IMG/VR virus record: IMGVR_UViG_3300022178_000855
Location: 1 to 26,270 of that record
Reading direction: 5' to 3' (one strand)
DNA length: 26,270 nucleotides
From: a virus
Taxonomy: Duplodnaviria; Caudoviricetes
The translations under genes and the position numbers were made by a program. Shown one piece after another: positions 9,485-17,639 of the stretch. The stretch's first letter is position 1. Each line of letters begins with the position of its first letter. Below the pieces are notes generated by a model. That model saw nothing but the letters and a program-made list of their open reading frames with translations, ran no database searches and was not told the origin of the DNA.

Positions 9485-11376
9485 TAGAAAGGATACCTTT
9501 GTAGTAATGTTTGATCTTCGAATGGGTCGCTAAAGCCTAAGTCTACGTACTCTATAGGCTCTACGTCTGCGCCAATCTCTGTTTGAAATTGAAACAACTC
9601 GTCTTTAAACAAGCTATCTGTGGTTCTGTTAGGCGCTGGTTGTGGAACAGCTTGTATAACGCTAGTGAGTAAGCCACCTAAGTCTAAGTTAAAGCGAGGC
9701 AGGTTAACATCTGGTAACTCTATGTCAGGCCCATTTATGTCGGGCAGTGCCTGCCTAATTGCTGTGTCTAAAGCTGACAAAGCATCACCAGCAGGCTGTA
9801 TAACAGCATCGTCAAACGCACTAGCAGCGTCTCTAACTACTGTGTCTGCTGCTGACAGTACATCACCTGCAACACTAGCACCTGCCTCAACTGTTTCTTT
9901 AACAGGTTGTAAAATAGTGTCATCTATAGTGCTTCCCGCTTCTTTAACTGTTTCTACAATAGGCTCTAAAGTTTCCCCTATTTCTTCTCCAACTTCTTTA
10001 ACAGGCTGTAAAACATTGTCGTCTATGACTCTACCAGCTTCTCTAACAATGCCTTCAATAGGTCTAACAGCAGCTTTTACAACATCTTCAATAATGCCTA
10101 GATCAATATCTAAATCAAAACCTTCTGGCGTAGGCAGTCTTAAAGTACCACCTTCTTTAACGTAAGTCCCTAGACCTGCCAATAAAGCATCATCAAACTT
10201 TTCACCGCTTGCTACCTTCTCAACTACTTTAGTCAAGCCAGTTTTTAAATCGTCAGCTTGGAAAAGACCGCCTATTCTTGCTCCGTCTTCAATACCTGTA
10301 AATGCTTTATCTATAGCTGCGTTACCTACTAAGGAAGTAACAACAGATGTTGGGTCGCCAGTGGCTGCTGCATTTATTAAAGCTACTGAGTTATTGTAGC
10401 CAAGACCTGCTATACCTACGCCCTCAACTGCGGCTTTTGCTACACCGTCTACAGCATCTGCTGCACTCACAGCCGCTTGAGGAGCTGTCAGCATACCTGC
10501 TTTAGTTAATGCTGGTACAGCTAGAGTAACAATGTCAGCAGGGCTTAAGGACTCACCACTGGCAGCTTTAGCTGCTGTTAACGCTAGAGTACCTCCAGGA
10601 ATAAAGTTAGCAGCTAGTCCAATAATAGGATCAGAAGCAACTTGAGCAAGCAGGTTTTTGTCTTTCTGAAAGGTAGTTGAATACGTTCCTGCTGGCCCTG
10701 TAGCTACAAGATCACCACCTTGAAAAGCGTTAGGCCACAACTCTGCATTGGCTTGAGCATTACCTGTTGTTAAATACTTACGCTCACCGTCTATAACCTT
10801 AGACAGAGGTATGTCATTCTGCTGTACGTACTCAGCAAGCCCTGTGCCAGCAGCTCTGCTACCTTCTCGTAAGGATACTGATGTCCTGCCAAAATCTCCG
10901 GGATCGAAGTTGTTGTAATTATATACTTTGTTTACTTGTTCTTCTTGACCTTTCAACGTGTTAAAGACATTGCCGTAGTTAGCCAATGCTTCGTCAGGGC
11001 TTCCAAACTTAGGTTGTGCGCCAAAGTCTTGTACTGATAAGCCTGAAGTAGAAGCAGTTGTTGGTACACGCTCTGTAGGTGCAGGTGTAGGATTAAAAGT
11101 TTCACGTAAAGCGTCTATGTCTAAACCACTCAAGTCTAAATCAATACCACTATAACCACCAAAGTTTGAATTAGAAAAGCCTGCATCAAAAGGACTAGCC
11201 AAAGAAGCAAACTCTTCAGGAGCTGGTTGGACTACAGACTTTGTAGGAAGGTTGACAACAGGCTCGTTAACTACAGGATACGCAGGGCCACTAGCAAGTG
11301 CTGCCGCACGTTGGGCCGCCGCTGCTGCCGATGCTGCATTGACTCGATTGTTTGTACTGTAACGTCCACCGCCCAT
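9484..11376 (-). CDS. Hypothetical virion-associated protein with amphipathic repeats
   Basis: 630 aa with a hydrophobic Ala/Gly middle, repeated (I/F)DDx(V/I)(L/I)QP units and PD(I/V)xL pentapeptide repeats. Confidence 0.7.
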   Translation of the reverse strand: MGGGRYSTNNRVNAASAAAAAQRAAALASGPAYPVVNEPVVNLPTKSVVQPAPEEFASLASPFDAGFSNSNFGGYSGIDLDLSGLDIDALRETFNPTPAPTERVPTTASTSGLSVQDFGAQPKFGSPDEALANYGNVFNTLKGQEEQVNKVYNYNNFDPGDFGRTSVSLREGSRAAGTGLAEYVQQNDIPLSKVIDGERKYLTTGNAQANAELWPNAFQGGDLVATGPAGTYSTTFQKDKNLLAQVASDPIIGLAANFIPGGTLALTAAKAASGESLSPADIVTLAVPALTKAGMLTAPQAAVSAADAVDGVAKAAVEGVGIAGLGYNNSVALINAAATGDPTSVVTSLVGNAAIDKAFTGIEDGARIGGLFQADDLKTGLTKVVEKVASGEKFDDALLAGLGTYVKEGGTLRLPTPEGFDLDIDLGIIEDVVKAAVRPIEGIVREAGRVIDDNVLQPVKEVGEEIGETLEPIVETVKEAGSTIDDTILQPVKETVEAGASVAGDVLSAADTVVRDAASAFDDAVIQPAGDALSALDTAIRQALPDINGPDIELPDVNLPRFNLDLGGLLTSVIQAVPQPAPNRTTDSLFKDELFQFQTEIGADVEPIEYVDLGFSDPFEDQTLLQRYPF

Positions 11377-11780
11377 TATCGCTCTCTCTGTACGTTCTTA
11401 GTCTTCTCTACTGTACGCATAGCACCTAAGCCTAGCATACCCATCAACACTGGCATCATCTCTGACGTTTCTATAAGTGGTATTGTGATTGGAGAACTGG
11501 ATAGAGCCAACGCAAAATTAGCCAACGGGATAATAAGGAAGTTACCCGCCATGCCAAGGCAGCATACCCAGCCCACAGCAGGTCGCCAGCCAGCAACAAA
11601 TAAGTTCTTGTGTGCTGCTTCAACCTTGTTGACATCTAACTGACCCTTGGCTAGTTCTTGAGCATGCTTCTCAGCCATTGTAGATAGTTCAAAGGCTATA
11701 GCGTTCTTAGTGTCTTTATCTTCAATTACTTTATCTAATAACTTAGTAACTGGATTAATTAAACTATTTAAAATACTCAT
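11376..11780 (-). CDS. Holin of the 3TM / GTA-holin type
   Basis: 134 aa with NKVEAAH..LFVAGWRPAVGWVC and LMGMLGLGAMRTVEK, hallmark motifs of the 3TM holin family. Confidence 0.8.
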   Translation of the reverse strand: MSILNSLINPVTKLLDKVIEDKDTKNAIAFELSTMAEKHAQELAKGQLDVNKVEAAHKNLFVAGWRPAVGWVCCLGMAGNFLIIPLANFALALSSSPITIPLIETSEMMPVLMGMLGLGAMRTVEKTKNVQRER

Positions 11781-11782
11781 AT

Positions 11783-11811
11783 ATTATACACTAATTAGTC
11801 AGGTTTGTCAA
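11783..11811 (-). promoter_or_regulatory. Perfect-consensus sigma70 promoter
   Basis: Minus strand TTGACA-17 nt-TATAAT (-35 at 11811-11806, -10 at 11788-11783). Confidence 0.8.
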
Positions 11812-11986
11812 GTTGTTTCTTATCTTTACCATTAACTAGGTTTTGTACAGTATCAGACTCATATATCCTGAGAGCCATCCAGATAATTGTCAAGATAGAT
11901 GCTGTTGGTGGTAACCAAGCAGCTAAGGTTAGAAGAGCAGTGGAAGCAGCAGCTACGTCTATAACGTCTTTTGTTTCGTCAAGCAT
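11795..11986 (-). CDS. Small membrane protein, holin-like
   Basis: 63 aa with two hydrophobic segments (AAASTALLTLAAWL; ASILTIIWMALRIY) and a charged C-terminus. Confidence 0.65.
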   Translation of the reverse strand: MLDETKDVIDVAAASTALLTLAAWLPPTASILTIIWMALRIYESDTVQNLVNGKDKKQLDKPD

Positions 11987-12429
11987 TAGATACTTCCTAG
12001 GATAGTAAATATAAGATAGACTGCTGTACCGATAGTAGGCACAGCAACTAAGGCTGTACAGATGACTGTAAATATCTGAATCATCTGTTGTTTGTGTTTA
12101 GCTTTAGCGTGGAGCATGTCTTTCTCCTCCTGCGCTCTAGCTCTTTTGCAGTCAGCTTGGAACTGTAGCCAGTCGTCATACAAGTTAGCTCGACCAGCGT
12201 AGATCATTACTTCTTTAAGTTCTGCTTCTTGTTCCTTCAAAGTCTCCAAAGCCATGAATGCTTCCATGTCTGACTTACCACCGCCCTTGTTAGCTTTCTT
12301 GGCAATGGAGCTTTTAGAATCAAAGTAGCTTGTGACTTGGTTAGCTACGCTGTGCAGTTCTTGACCGTTACTAATGGCGTTCTTAATTACGCCGAATGCC
12401 GCGTTTGCAATGGCAATCTCTGCAAGCAT
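11986..12429 (-). CDS. Hypothetical protein with C-terminal transmembrane anchor
   Basis: 147 aa, coiled body and hydrophobic C-terminus. RBS AAGGAG upstream. Confidence 0.75.
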   Translation of the reverse strand: MLAEIAIANAAFGVIKNAISNGQELHSVANQVTSYFDSKSSIAKKANKGGGKSDMEAFMALETLKEQEAELKEVMIYAGRANLYDDWLQFQADCKRARAQEEKDMLHAKAKHKQQMIQIFTVICTALVAVPTIGTAVYLIFTILGSI

Positions 12430-12452
12430 AGCTGTACTCCTTACTTATTAGT

Positions 12453-12773
12453 TTACCAAGGTACGCCAGCGGCTGTCACAGGCTCTTTAGAAGCTGTAAT
12501 CTGCGCTGCAATGCTCTCTTCGATAGCGTCAGCATCTAGATCAGCCTTGACCCATGCGATTACGTCAGCTTCAGTGAGACTGTCATAGGCTACATAGCCG
12601 TCAGCAGTTGCATCAGGAGTAAAGCCACAAGTGCCATAGCTGCTGCCTGTGTGAGTTACTGCATCGTCACCAGTACCTACTACTTCGCTGTCTGATGCTG
12701 TCCAATGTGCTACTACTACGCCATTGCCGTCTGTGTTACGTTCTAGTTGTGCGATTGTCCAAGTTACTGCCAT
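12453..12773 (-). CDS. Tail-fibre-associated small acidic protein
   Basis: 106 aa (W.I..LER...VHW-like...YDSLTEADVIAWV...GVPW) directly downstream of the fibre gene. RBS GGAG. Confidence 0.7.
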   Translation of the reverse strand: MAVTWTIAQLERNTDGNGVVVAHWTASDSEVVGTGDDAVTHTGSSYGTCGFTPDATADGYVAYDSLTEADVIAWVKADLDADAIEESIAAQITASKEPVTAAGVPW

Positions 12774-12786
12774 GATTATTCTCCGA

Positions 12787-14577
12787 TTAAAGTGCTGCGA
12801 TTATGAAGGCGAGTAGTTCACTGTAGCGAACACCCATCCTAGTCTTTTCTTCGTTAGTTTCTTCGTCAGTCCACGTATCGCTCATAAACATTGCGTAGTC
12901 ACCCGCATCTAAGCCTTCAGCTTCAAAGGCGGCCTGTAGGTCTTGAGCGATGATTCCAAAGTGTGTACGAGCTTCGTCACCCTTCTCAGCTACTGAGTCC
13001 TTCCAGCGGAACTTGCGGAGTAAACCTTTACAGGCTACGGCTACAGCAGTTTCAGCAGTGTTTAACTCTGCAATGTCTTGCTTCTCGTTGCGGTCGGAAG
13101 TTTGGATTGTGGCGTTGGTGGCGTAGATGTCATCGAAGCGAAATGACGGAAACCCCAAGTTATAAACGTTGTCTGTCGCTGGGTAAAGTTGGTCAGCATC
13201 CCACAGCAATCTTTGCACCCCTACTGAAGAGAGTCTTCCAGTAGACAGAGAGTTTATGTTTATATTGCTAGCAACAGCACCAATACTACCTACGGTTGTG
13301 CCGTCTTTTTGGAATCTAGCAAGCTCACCATCAGATGTTTTGCGGTTAACAAGAAGGCCAAAGTTAGCATCAACAGTAAAGTTTCCTCTACCATTAGAAT
13401 CAACTTGTGCGCCTGCTGTATTTGTGCCTGCACCAGTCTTACCCACAAGCAAGTTACCGCTGGAGTCTATGCGCATACGTTCTGTTGCGCCAGTAGATCC
13501 GTCAATGCCAAAGGTTAAAGAACCTGTACTATCTAAACCAATTTGCGAAGCCATTATGCCTGTGTGGAAAAGCGTAATAGCTGGTTCAGACGCGCTTTGT
13601 ATGTGTAGGTTTGTGTTAGGCGAACTAGTACCAATACCCACGTTACCGCTGGAGTCTATGCGCATGCGTTCTGATAGTGTTGTGTCGAATGCCGTTGAAA
13701 AAGTGAGGATGCCGTCATTTGCACTTGCACCCGCACCTTCCTTAGTGCCTGTGATTCTAGCTAGACTCCCGTTACCGTTTTCGAAATCAATATGACCTAC
13801 GTTTTCACCTGCATTATAAAGTTTAAGGTAAGTTGTGTCTGAGCTACTGTTAGTTGCCGCTTGTATTTCTAAAGGGCTGTCAGGCGAACTAGTACCAATA
13901 CCCAAAGACTCCGCAGAAGCATCCCAGAAGAACTTAGGCGTTGTGCCTGTGTCTTCGTAGAAGCTGATGTCTCCGTCATAACTTATTCGTAAGCGGTTAT
14001 ACCAAGACGTATTGTGGTTGTTTCTTATAATTAAATCATTGGTGCTAAATAAGTTCTGCCACTTATCAGTTCCGTTGTTTAATATAAAAGTTCCTAAAGA
14101 TTCAATATTACCATCAACAGTAAGCCCATCCATCGTGGCTGTGCCAGTAACGTCTATGCCTGTGGAGGTGGTGGCTAGTTTGGCTGCGCCATTATACCAA
14201 AGACGCACAGCTCCGTTTGCAGCACCGTCCAAAAATAACTCGTCAGTAGAAAAGTTTCTTAACGACAAATTTGTACCAGCGATAACTAAATCGCCAGTGC
14301 CGTGATCTTGAATATAACTATTAGACCCGTTGTGATAAATCTGTAAATCATCACCAGCACCAAACGTAGCCTTCTGTGAATCAGGAAGAGCAATACCAGC
14401 GTTGGCTGTGATCTCTGTTGCTGGGTTTACACCAAGCTCTACAATAGCCGCAGCATTGTCTTCTGTGTACAACCTACCGTCAGCTACGTTGACCGCCAGT
14501 TCACCTTGTACAAGATCAGTTGCTGTAGGGGCAGCACCAGCGGTGGAGCTATTTTTAGTTACAATTTTTGTTGCCAT
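12787..14577 (-). CDS. Tail fibre / receptor-binding protein with C-terminal Peptidase S74 intramolecular chaperone
   Basis: 596 aa. N-terminal GELAVNVADGRLY docking domain (similar to the T4 gp37 N-terminus), ERMRIDSSGN/GIGTSSP repeats, autocleavage motif TSDRNEK, FGIIAQDL, and a terminal GVRYSELLAFII. Confidence 0.88.
   Translation of the reverse strand: MATKIVTKNSSTAGAAPTATDLVQGELAVNVADGRLYTEDNAAAIVELGVNPATEITANAGIALPDSQKATFGAGDDLQIYHNGSNSYIQDHGTGDLVIAGTNLSLRNFSTDELFLDGAANGAVRLWYNGAAKLATTSTGIDVTGTATMDGLTVDGNIESLGTFILNNGTDKWQNLFSTNDLIIRNNHNTSWYNRLRISYDGDISFYEDTGTTPKFFWDASAESLGIGTSSPDSPLEIQAATNSSSDTTYLKLYNAGENVGHIDFENGNGSLARITGTKEGAGASANDGILTFSTAFDTTLSERMRIDSSGNVGIGTSSPNTNLHIQSASEPAITLFHTGIMASQIGLDSTGSLTFGIDGSTGATERMRIDSSGNLLVGKTGAGTNTAGAQVDSNGRGNFTVDANFGLLVNRKTSDGELARFQKDGTTVGSIGAVASNININSLSTGRLSSVGVQRLLWDADQLYPATDNVYNLGFPSFRFDDIYATNATIQTSDRNEKQDIAELNTAETAVAVACKGLLRKFRWKDSVAEKGDEARTHFGIIAQDLQAAFEAEGLDAGDYAMFMSDTWTDEETNEEKTRMGVRYSELLAFIIAAL
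13453..13673. repeat. 32-bp direct repeat (31/32 identical) at 13453-13484 and 13642-13673, encoding ERMRIDSSGN
   Basis: GTTACCGCTGGAGTCTATGCGCAT[A/G]CGTTCTG occurs twice. Confidence 0.9.
13618..13904. repeat. 23-bp perfect direct repeat at 13618-13640 and 13882-13904, encoding GIGTSSP
   Basis: AGGCGAACTAGTACCAATACCCA occurs twice. Confidence 0.9.
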
Positions 14578-14589
14578 GTTTAAATACCT

Positions 14590-15783
14590 TTAGTAAGTTC
14601 CACCGTTGAGTGTACCAGTAGTCATGTTGTCTGCGTTTAAAGTTGAGTCTGATTGTAGTGCTGAGTCAGCCGTTGCACCTTGCGCTGCCGTAGCATAGTC
14701 CGTAGCCGCTGTAGTAGCTGCTGTACCTAGACCCAAGTTCCCTCTAGCCGTACCAGCGTTAGCCAAGTCAGACAAGTTGTTAGCCTTCAGTGCTGCTGTG
14801 GATAACTCTGCCGCTGCCGCTGTAGCACTGTTAGCTGCTGATGTAGCACTACCAGCCGCTGCTGAAGCACTAGAGGCTGCATTAGTCTCTGCTGTCTCTG
14901 CATTGGTCTCAGCAGTAGCCGCAGCCGTTGCACTAGCAGAGGCATTGCTTGCCTGTGTAGACGCTGTAGAGGCGCTTGTAGCTGCGTTGGAAGCACTGGT
15001 AGCTGCTGCACTGGCTTGAGTTGATGCAGTAGATGCACTACCTGCCGCTGCTGTGGCACTGTTGCCTGCATTGGTCGCTGCTGTTGATGCTGTAGTAGCT
15101 GAACCAGCCGCTGCTGTCGCTGAGTTACCAGCGTTAGTCTCAGATGTAGATGCTGCACTAGCACTGTTACTAGCGTTAGTTGCAGATGTAGAAGCACCAC
15201 TCGCAGAAGAGGCCGCAGCCGTAGCTGAGTTACTTGCGTTAGTGGCTGAAGTAGATGCACCAGAGGCTGACGTAGCAGCATTGCTTTCGGAGGTTGAGGC
15301 ATTGCTGGCGCTAGTGGAAGCCTCTGATGCTTTGGTCGTTGCCGTAGAAGCACTCGTAGACGCACTGGATGCGCTTGTAACGGCTTCTGAGGCTTTAGTA
15401 GTAGCAGTGGCAGCAGATGTGCTTGCGTTGCTCTCAGCAGTCTCTGCGTTCGTCTCAGCGGTTTCAGCATTAGTTTCTGCTGTAGATGCTGCTGTGGCGC
15501 TAGTGGCTGAAGCTGTAGCTGAGTTAGCTGATGCAGTAGCACTGTTGGCTGCTGCTGTTGCGTACTGTGAAACACCTGTCGCGCTGTTAGCTGCGTTGGT
15601 GGCTGATGTACTTGCTGCTGCTGCTTTGGTTGTTGCGGTTGTTGCTGAATCGCTGGCGCTTACGGCACTAGCGGCTGCATCGCTTGCTTTCGTAGTAGCT
15701 ATGACAGCTTGGGCTGTGACTGCTAGTAGCGTAGCATCCGTATTGGAATCGCCCGCACCTCCGTCACCTCTAAATATTGCCAT
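14590..15783 (-). CDS. Ala/Ser/Thr-rich fibre stalk protein
   Basis: 397 aa with heptad repeats (ASTSATN, AETAETN), the fibre motif NNLSDL..AGTARGNLGLG, and the terminus TLNGGTY. RBS AGGAG. Confidence 0.8.
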   Translation of the reverse strand: MAIFRGDGGAGDSNTDATLLAVTAQAVIATTKASDAAASAVSASDSATTATTKAAAASTSATNAANSATGVSQYATAAANSATASANSATASATSATAASTAETNAETAETNAETAESNASTSAATATTKASEAVTSASSASTSASTATTKASEASTSASNASTSESNAATSASGASTSATNASNSATAAASSASGASTSATNASNSASAASTSETNAGNSATAAAGSATTASTAATNAGNSATAAAGSASTASTQASAAATSASNAATSASTASTQASNASASATAAATAETNAETAETNAASSASAAAGSATSAANSATAAAAELSTAALKANNLSDLANAGTARGNLGLGTAATTAATDYATAAQGATADSALQSDSTLNADNMTTGTLNGGTY

Positions 15784-15813
15784 GTATAGCTCCTAAGAAA
15801 ACAAAAGAAAAGT

Positions 15814-15839
15814 AAAAAGGGGACTCCGAAGAATCCCCT
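15814..15839 (-). terminator. Intrinsic terminator downstream of the major capsid gene
   Basis: Minus strand AGGGGATTC-TTCG-GAGTCCCCT-TTTT, with a C(UUCG)G tetraloop and further U-rich sequence. Confidence 0.9.
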
Positions 15840-15850
15840 AGTTTGTTACC

Positions 15851-16780
15851 TTATACTACAGCTAGAGTGAAGCCTGCTTCTGGACGCATAACCTGAACGC
15901 CATACAAAGTATCAGCAGTGTAAAGAGTGCCTAAGAACTCCTGCTTGTACTGAGTCTGTGAACGTACAGCTTGCTGCTCTGCAAGAACGGAAGTGTCCTT
16001 GTGGATCAACTGTGCGCCACGAACGCCTGTCTCAAGAGTAGGTACGTTGGTAGAAACAAATACGTCAACGCCGTACAAGTTACCAATCTTACCAGTCTCA
16101 ACGCTCTTGCCATTAACGAAATCAGTAGAGGTATAACGATCAATACCCATGATAGCGTTACGTAGCGAAGGTGGTACGATAAAGCTACGACCGTCCATAG
16201 GAACGTCTGCATCGTCCATCTTCTGAATCAAACCACGGAAAACCGCGTCAGAGAATGCGCCAATGTCAGCAGTGCCGTCAGCGTCATACGCTTCAAGAAC
16301 ACCAGTGCTAGTGTTAATCTGGAAAGAACCAGTGTTAACAAAGCTAGAACCATCGCCATTACCGAACGACTTACCAAGATCAAACAGATCGTTGTCTACT
16401 TGCTTAGCTAGACCATAGCCTGCATCGCCTGTATAGAACTGACGCAAAGAAGCGAGAGCCTGTACTTCGGTAATGTCTTCAATCAAACGAGAGAATTCAA
16501 AGTGCTTGTTAATGTTAATCAGAACTTCTGACTCAACAGAGTTCTGGATGGTTACTGCTGTGTTAGCAGCTTTAGCGTTTGCAGTGCCACGAGTAGGCTT
16601 AGGGACGTGAATGGTGTCGCCTTTCTTGCCAGTCATGCTCATCTTCTTAACTAGGTTAGCTAGTACAAGATTGCTCTTATACGCTGCAATTACTTCGTCA
16701 CTCCAGATTTCTGGGATAAACGTAGCTGCGCTAGTGTTGTCTACTGCTCCGCCCATATTGGGATATACTGATGTAGCCAT
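15851..16780 (-). CDS. Major capsid protein
   Basis: 309 aa with FIPEIWS, KKGDTIHVP, G.IG.LYGVDVF.S and DTLYGV..MRPE motifs. It follows the scaffold gene and precedes a terminator. RBS AAGGAAG. Confidence 0.9.
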   Translation of the reverse strand: MATSVYPNMGGAVDNTSAATFIPEIWSDEVIAAYKSNLVLANLVKKMSMTGKKGDTIHVPKPTRGTANAKAANTAVTIQNSVESEVLININKHFEFSRLIEDITEVQALASLRQFYTGDAGYGLAKQVDNDLFDLGKSFGNGDGSSFVNTGSFQINTSTGVLEAYDADGTADIGAFSDAVFRGLIQKMDDADVPMDGRSFIVPPSLRNAIMGIDRYTSTDFVNGKSVETGKIGNLYGVDVFVSTNVPTLETGVRGAQLIHKDTSVLAEQQAVRSQTQYKQEFLGTLYTADTLYGVQVMRPEAGFTLAVV

Positions 16781-16803
16781 GATAATACTTCCTTAAAATA
16801 AGA

Positions 16804-17586
16804 TTATTGTCGAACTCTCCCTTCCGCATAGGCTTGCATGATCTCGTCAGACAAGGATAGATAACGGTCAGGATCGTTTTGCATTAGTTTAATAATGTCT
16901 GAGCGTCTATAGATTTTACGACTAGCTGCTTCACCACTACCCCTAGCATTACCTGCTGAGGCAGCCTTAACAGCTTCTTTCCTACTCGCTTTCTCTTGTG
17001 TAACAGTCTGCGCTACTGCACCTTGACGTTCCTTCCAGTTAGTGAAAAGTTCATCAGCAGCTTCGTAGTCATACTGCGTATCCGCTTGCGCAAAGAGCTG
17101 TGTACGAATCTTTGATCCTTTAATCCAATCTACAAACTTACCGTCTTGCAAAATCTCTTGCATGTCAGGATGGCTCTTCTGTAAAACAGCCTGTGCTGTG
17201 GATTGTCTATATTGCTGAGTTTGTGCTTCAGCAGCTTTGATTGAAGGGTGATTCTTAATAGCTCTCTCGACAGCCTTGTCGGGATCAGAGAAAAAGTCTA
17301 TTTCTTCTTCAGGTTCTTGGGTTGCTTTTGTTGTTGTGTCGAGTTGTGTCTGTATGTAGTTATCAACAACTGATCGTAACTCCCCTACTTCACCGCTCTG
17401 CTTTCCTAGGAGCTTCTCAGCTTCTTGGTGCATCCTTACAATATCAGCGGTTGACTTTCCTTTGTACTTGTCGGGAATGTCGTCTTCTTGAAGAGTCTCC
17501 TGAAGCTCAGGTTCTTCTGTCAGACTACTTGTTATTTCTTCTTTGTTGTCAACGTCTTCTAGACGCTCGTCGTGTAATGTTGCCAT
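16804..17586 (-). CDS. Capsid scaffolding protein
   Basis: 260 aa with an acidic N-terminus, PDKYKGKS, a coiled coil and the C-terminus DEIMQAYAEGRV. It lies immediately upstream of the capsid gene. Confidence 0.85.
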   Translation of the reverse strand: MATLHDERLEDVDNKEEITSSLTEEPELQETLQEDDIPDKYKGKSTADIVRMHQEAEKLLGKQSGEVGELRSVVDNYIQTQLDTTTKATQEPEEEIDFFSDPDKAVERAIKNHPSIKAAEAQTQQYRQSTAQAVLQKSHPDMQEILQDGKFVDWIKGSKIRTQLFAQADTQYDYEAADELFTNWKERQGAVAQTVTQEKASRKEAVKAASAGNARGSGEAASRKIYRRSDIIKLMQNDPDRYLSLSDEIMQAYAEGRVRQ

Positions 17587-17593
17587 TATTAAA

Positions 17594-17618
17594 CTCCGTG
17601 AGTAATCTCATTATGGAG
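17594..17618 (-). promoter_or_regulatory. Hairpin occluding the scaffold-gene Shine-Dalgarno sequence
   Basis: mRNA CUCC-AUAA-UGAG-AUUA-CUCA-C-GGAG; the paired GGAG is the SD, 7 nt before the ATG at 17586. Confidence 0.5.
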
Positions 17619-17639
17619 GTGTATTATGCAGGGCTTCGG

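Noticed and set aside
12787-14577. Diversity-generating retroelement or invertible shufflon acting on the fibre
   Set aside because: No reverse transcriptase, no adenine-specific TR/VR pair, no invertase and no inverted crossover sites in the window; the repeats are short and direct.
3528-14593. Plus-strand ORFs antisense to late genes (e.g. 3528, 3867, 6460, 7084, 8148, 8447, 9620, 11227, 11805, 12337, 12963, 13256, 14012, 14402)
   Set aside because: These are shadow ORFs of well-supported minus-strand genes, with no RBS or recognisable motifs.
14777-15796. Long alternative ORFs over the stalk gene (247 aa +, 262 aa -, 80 aa +)
   Set aside because: They arise from repetitive GCN/ACN/TCN codons that lack stops in other frames.
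15840-15900. T7 10A/10B-type capsid frameshift extension
   Set aside because: No convincing slippery site, and a strong terminator follows the stop codon within about 12 nt.
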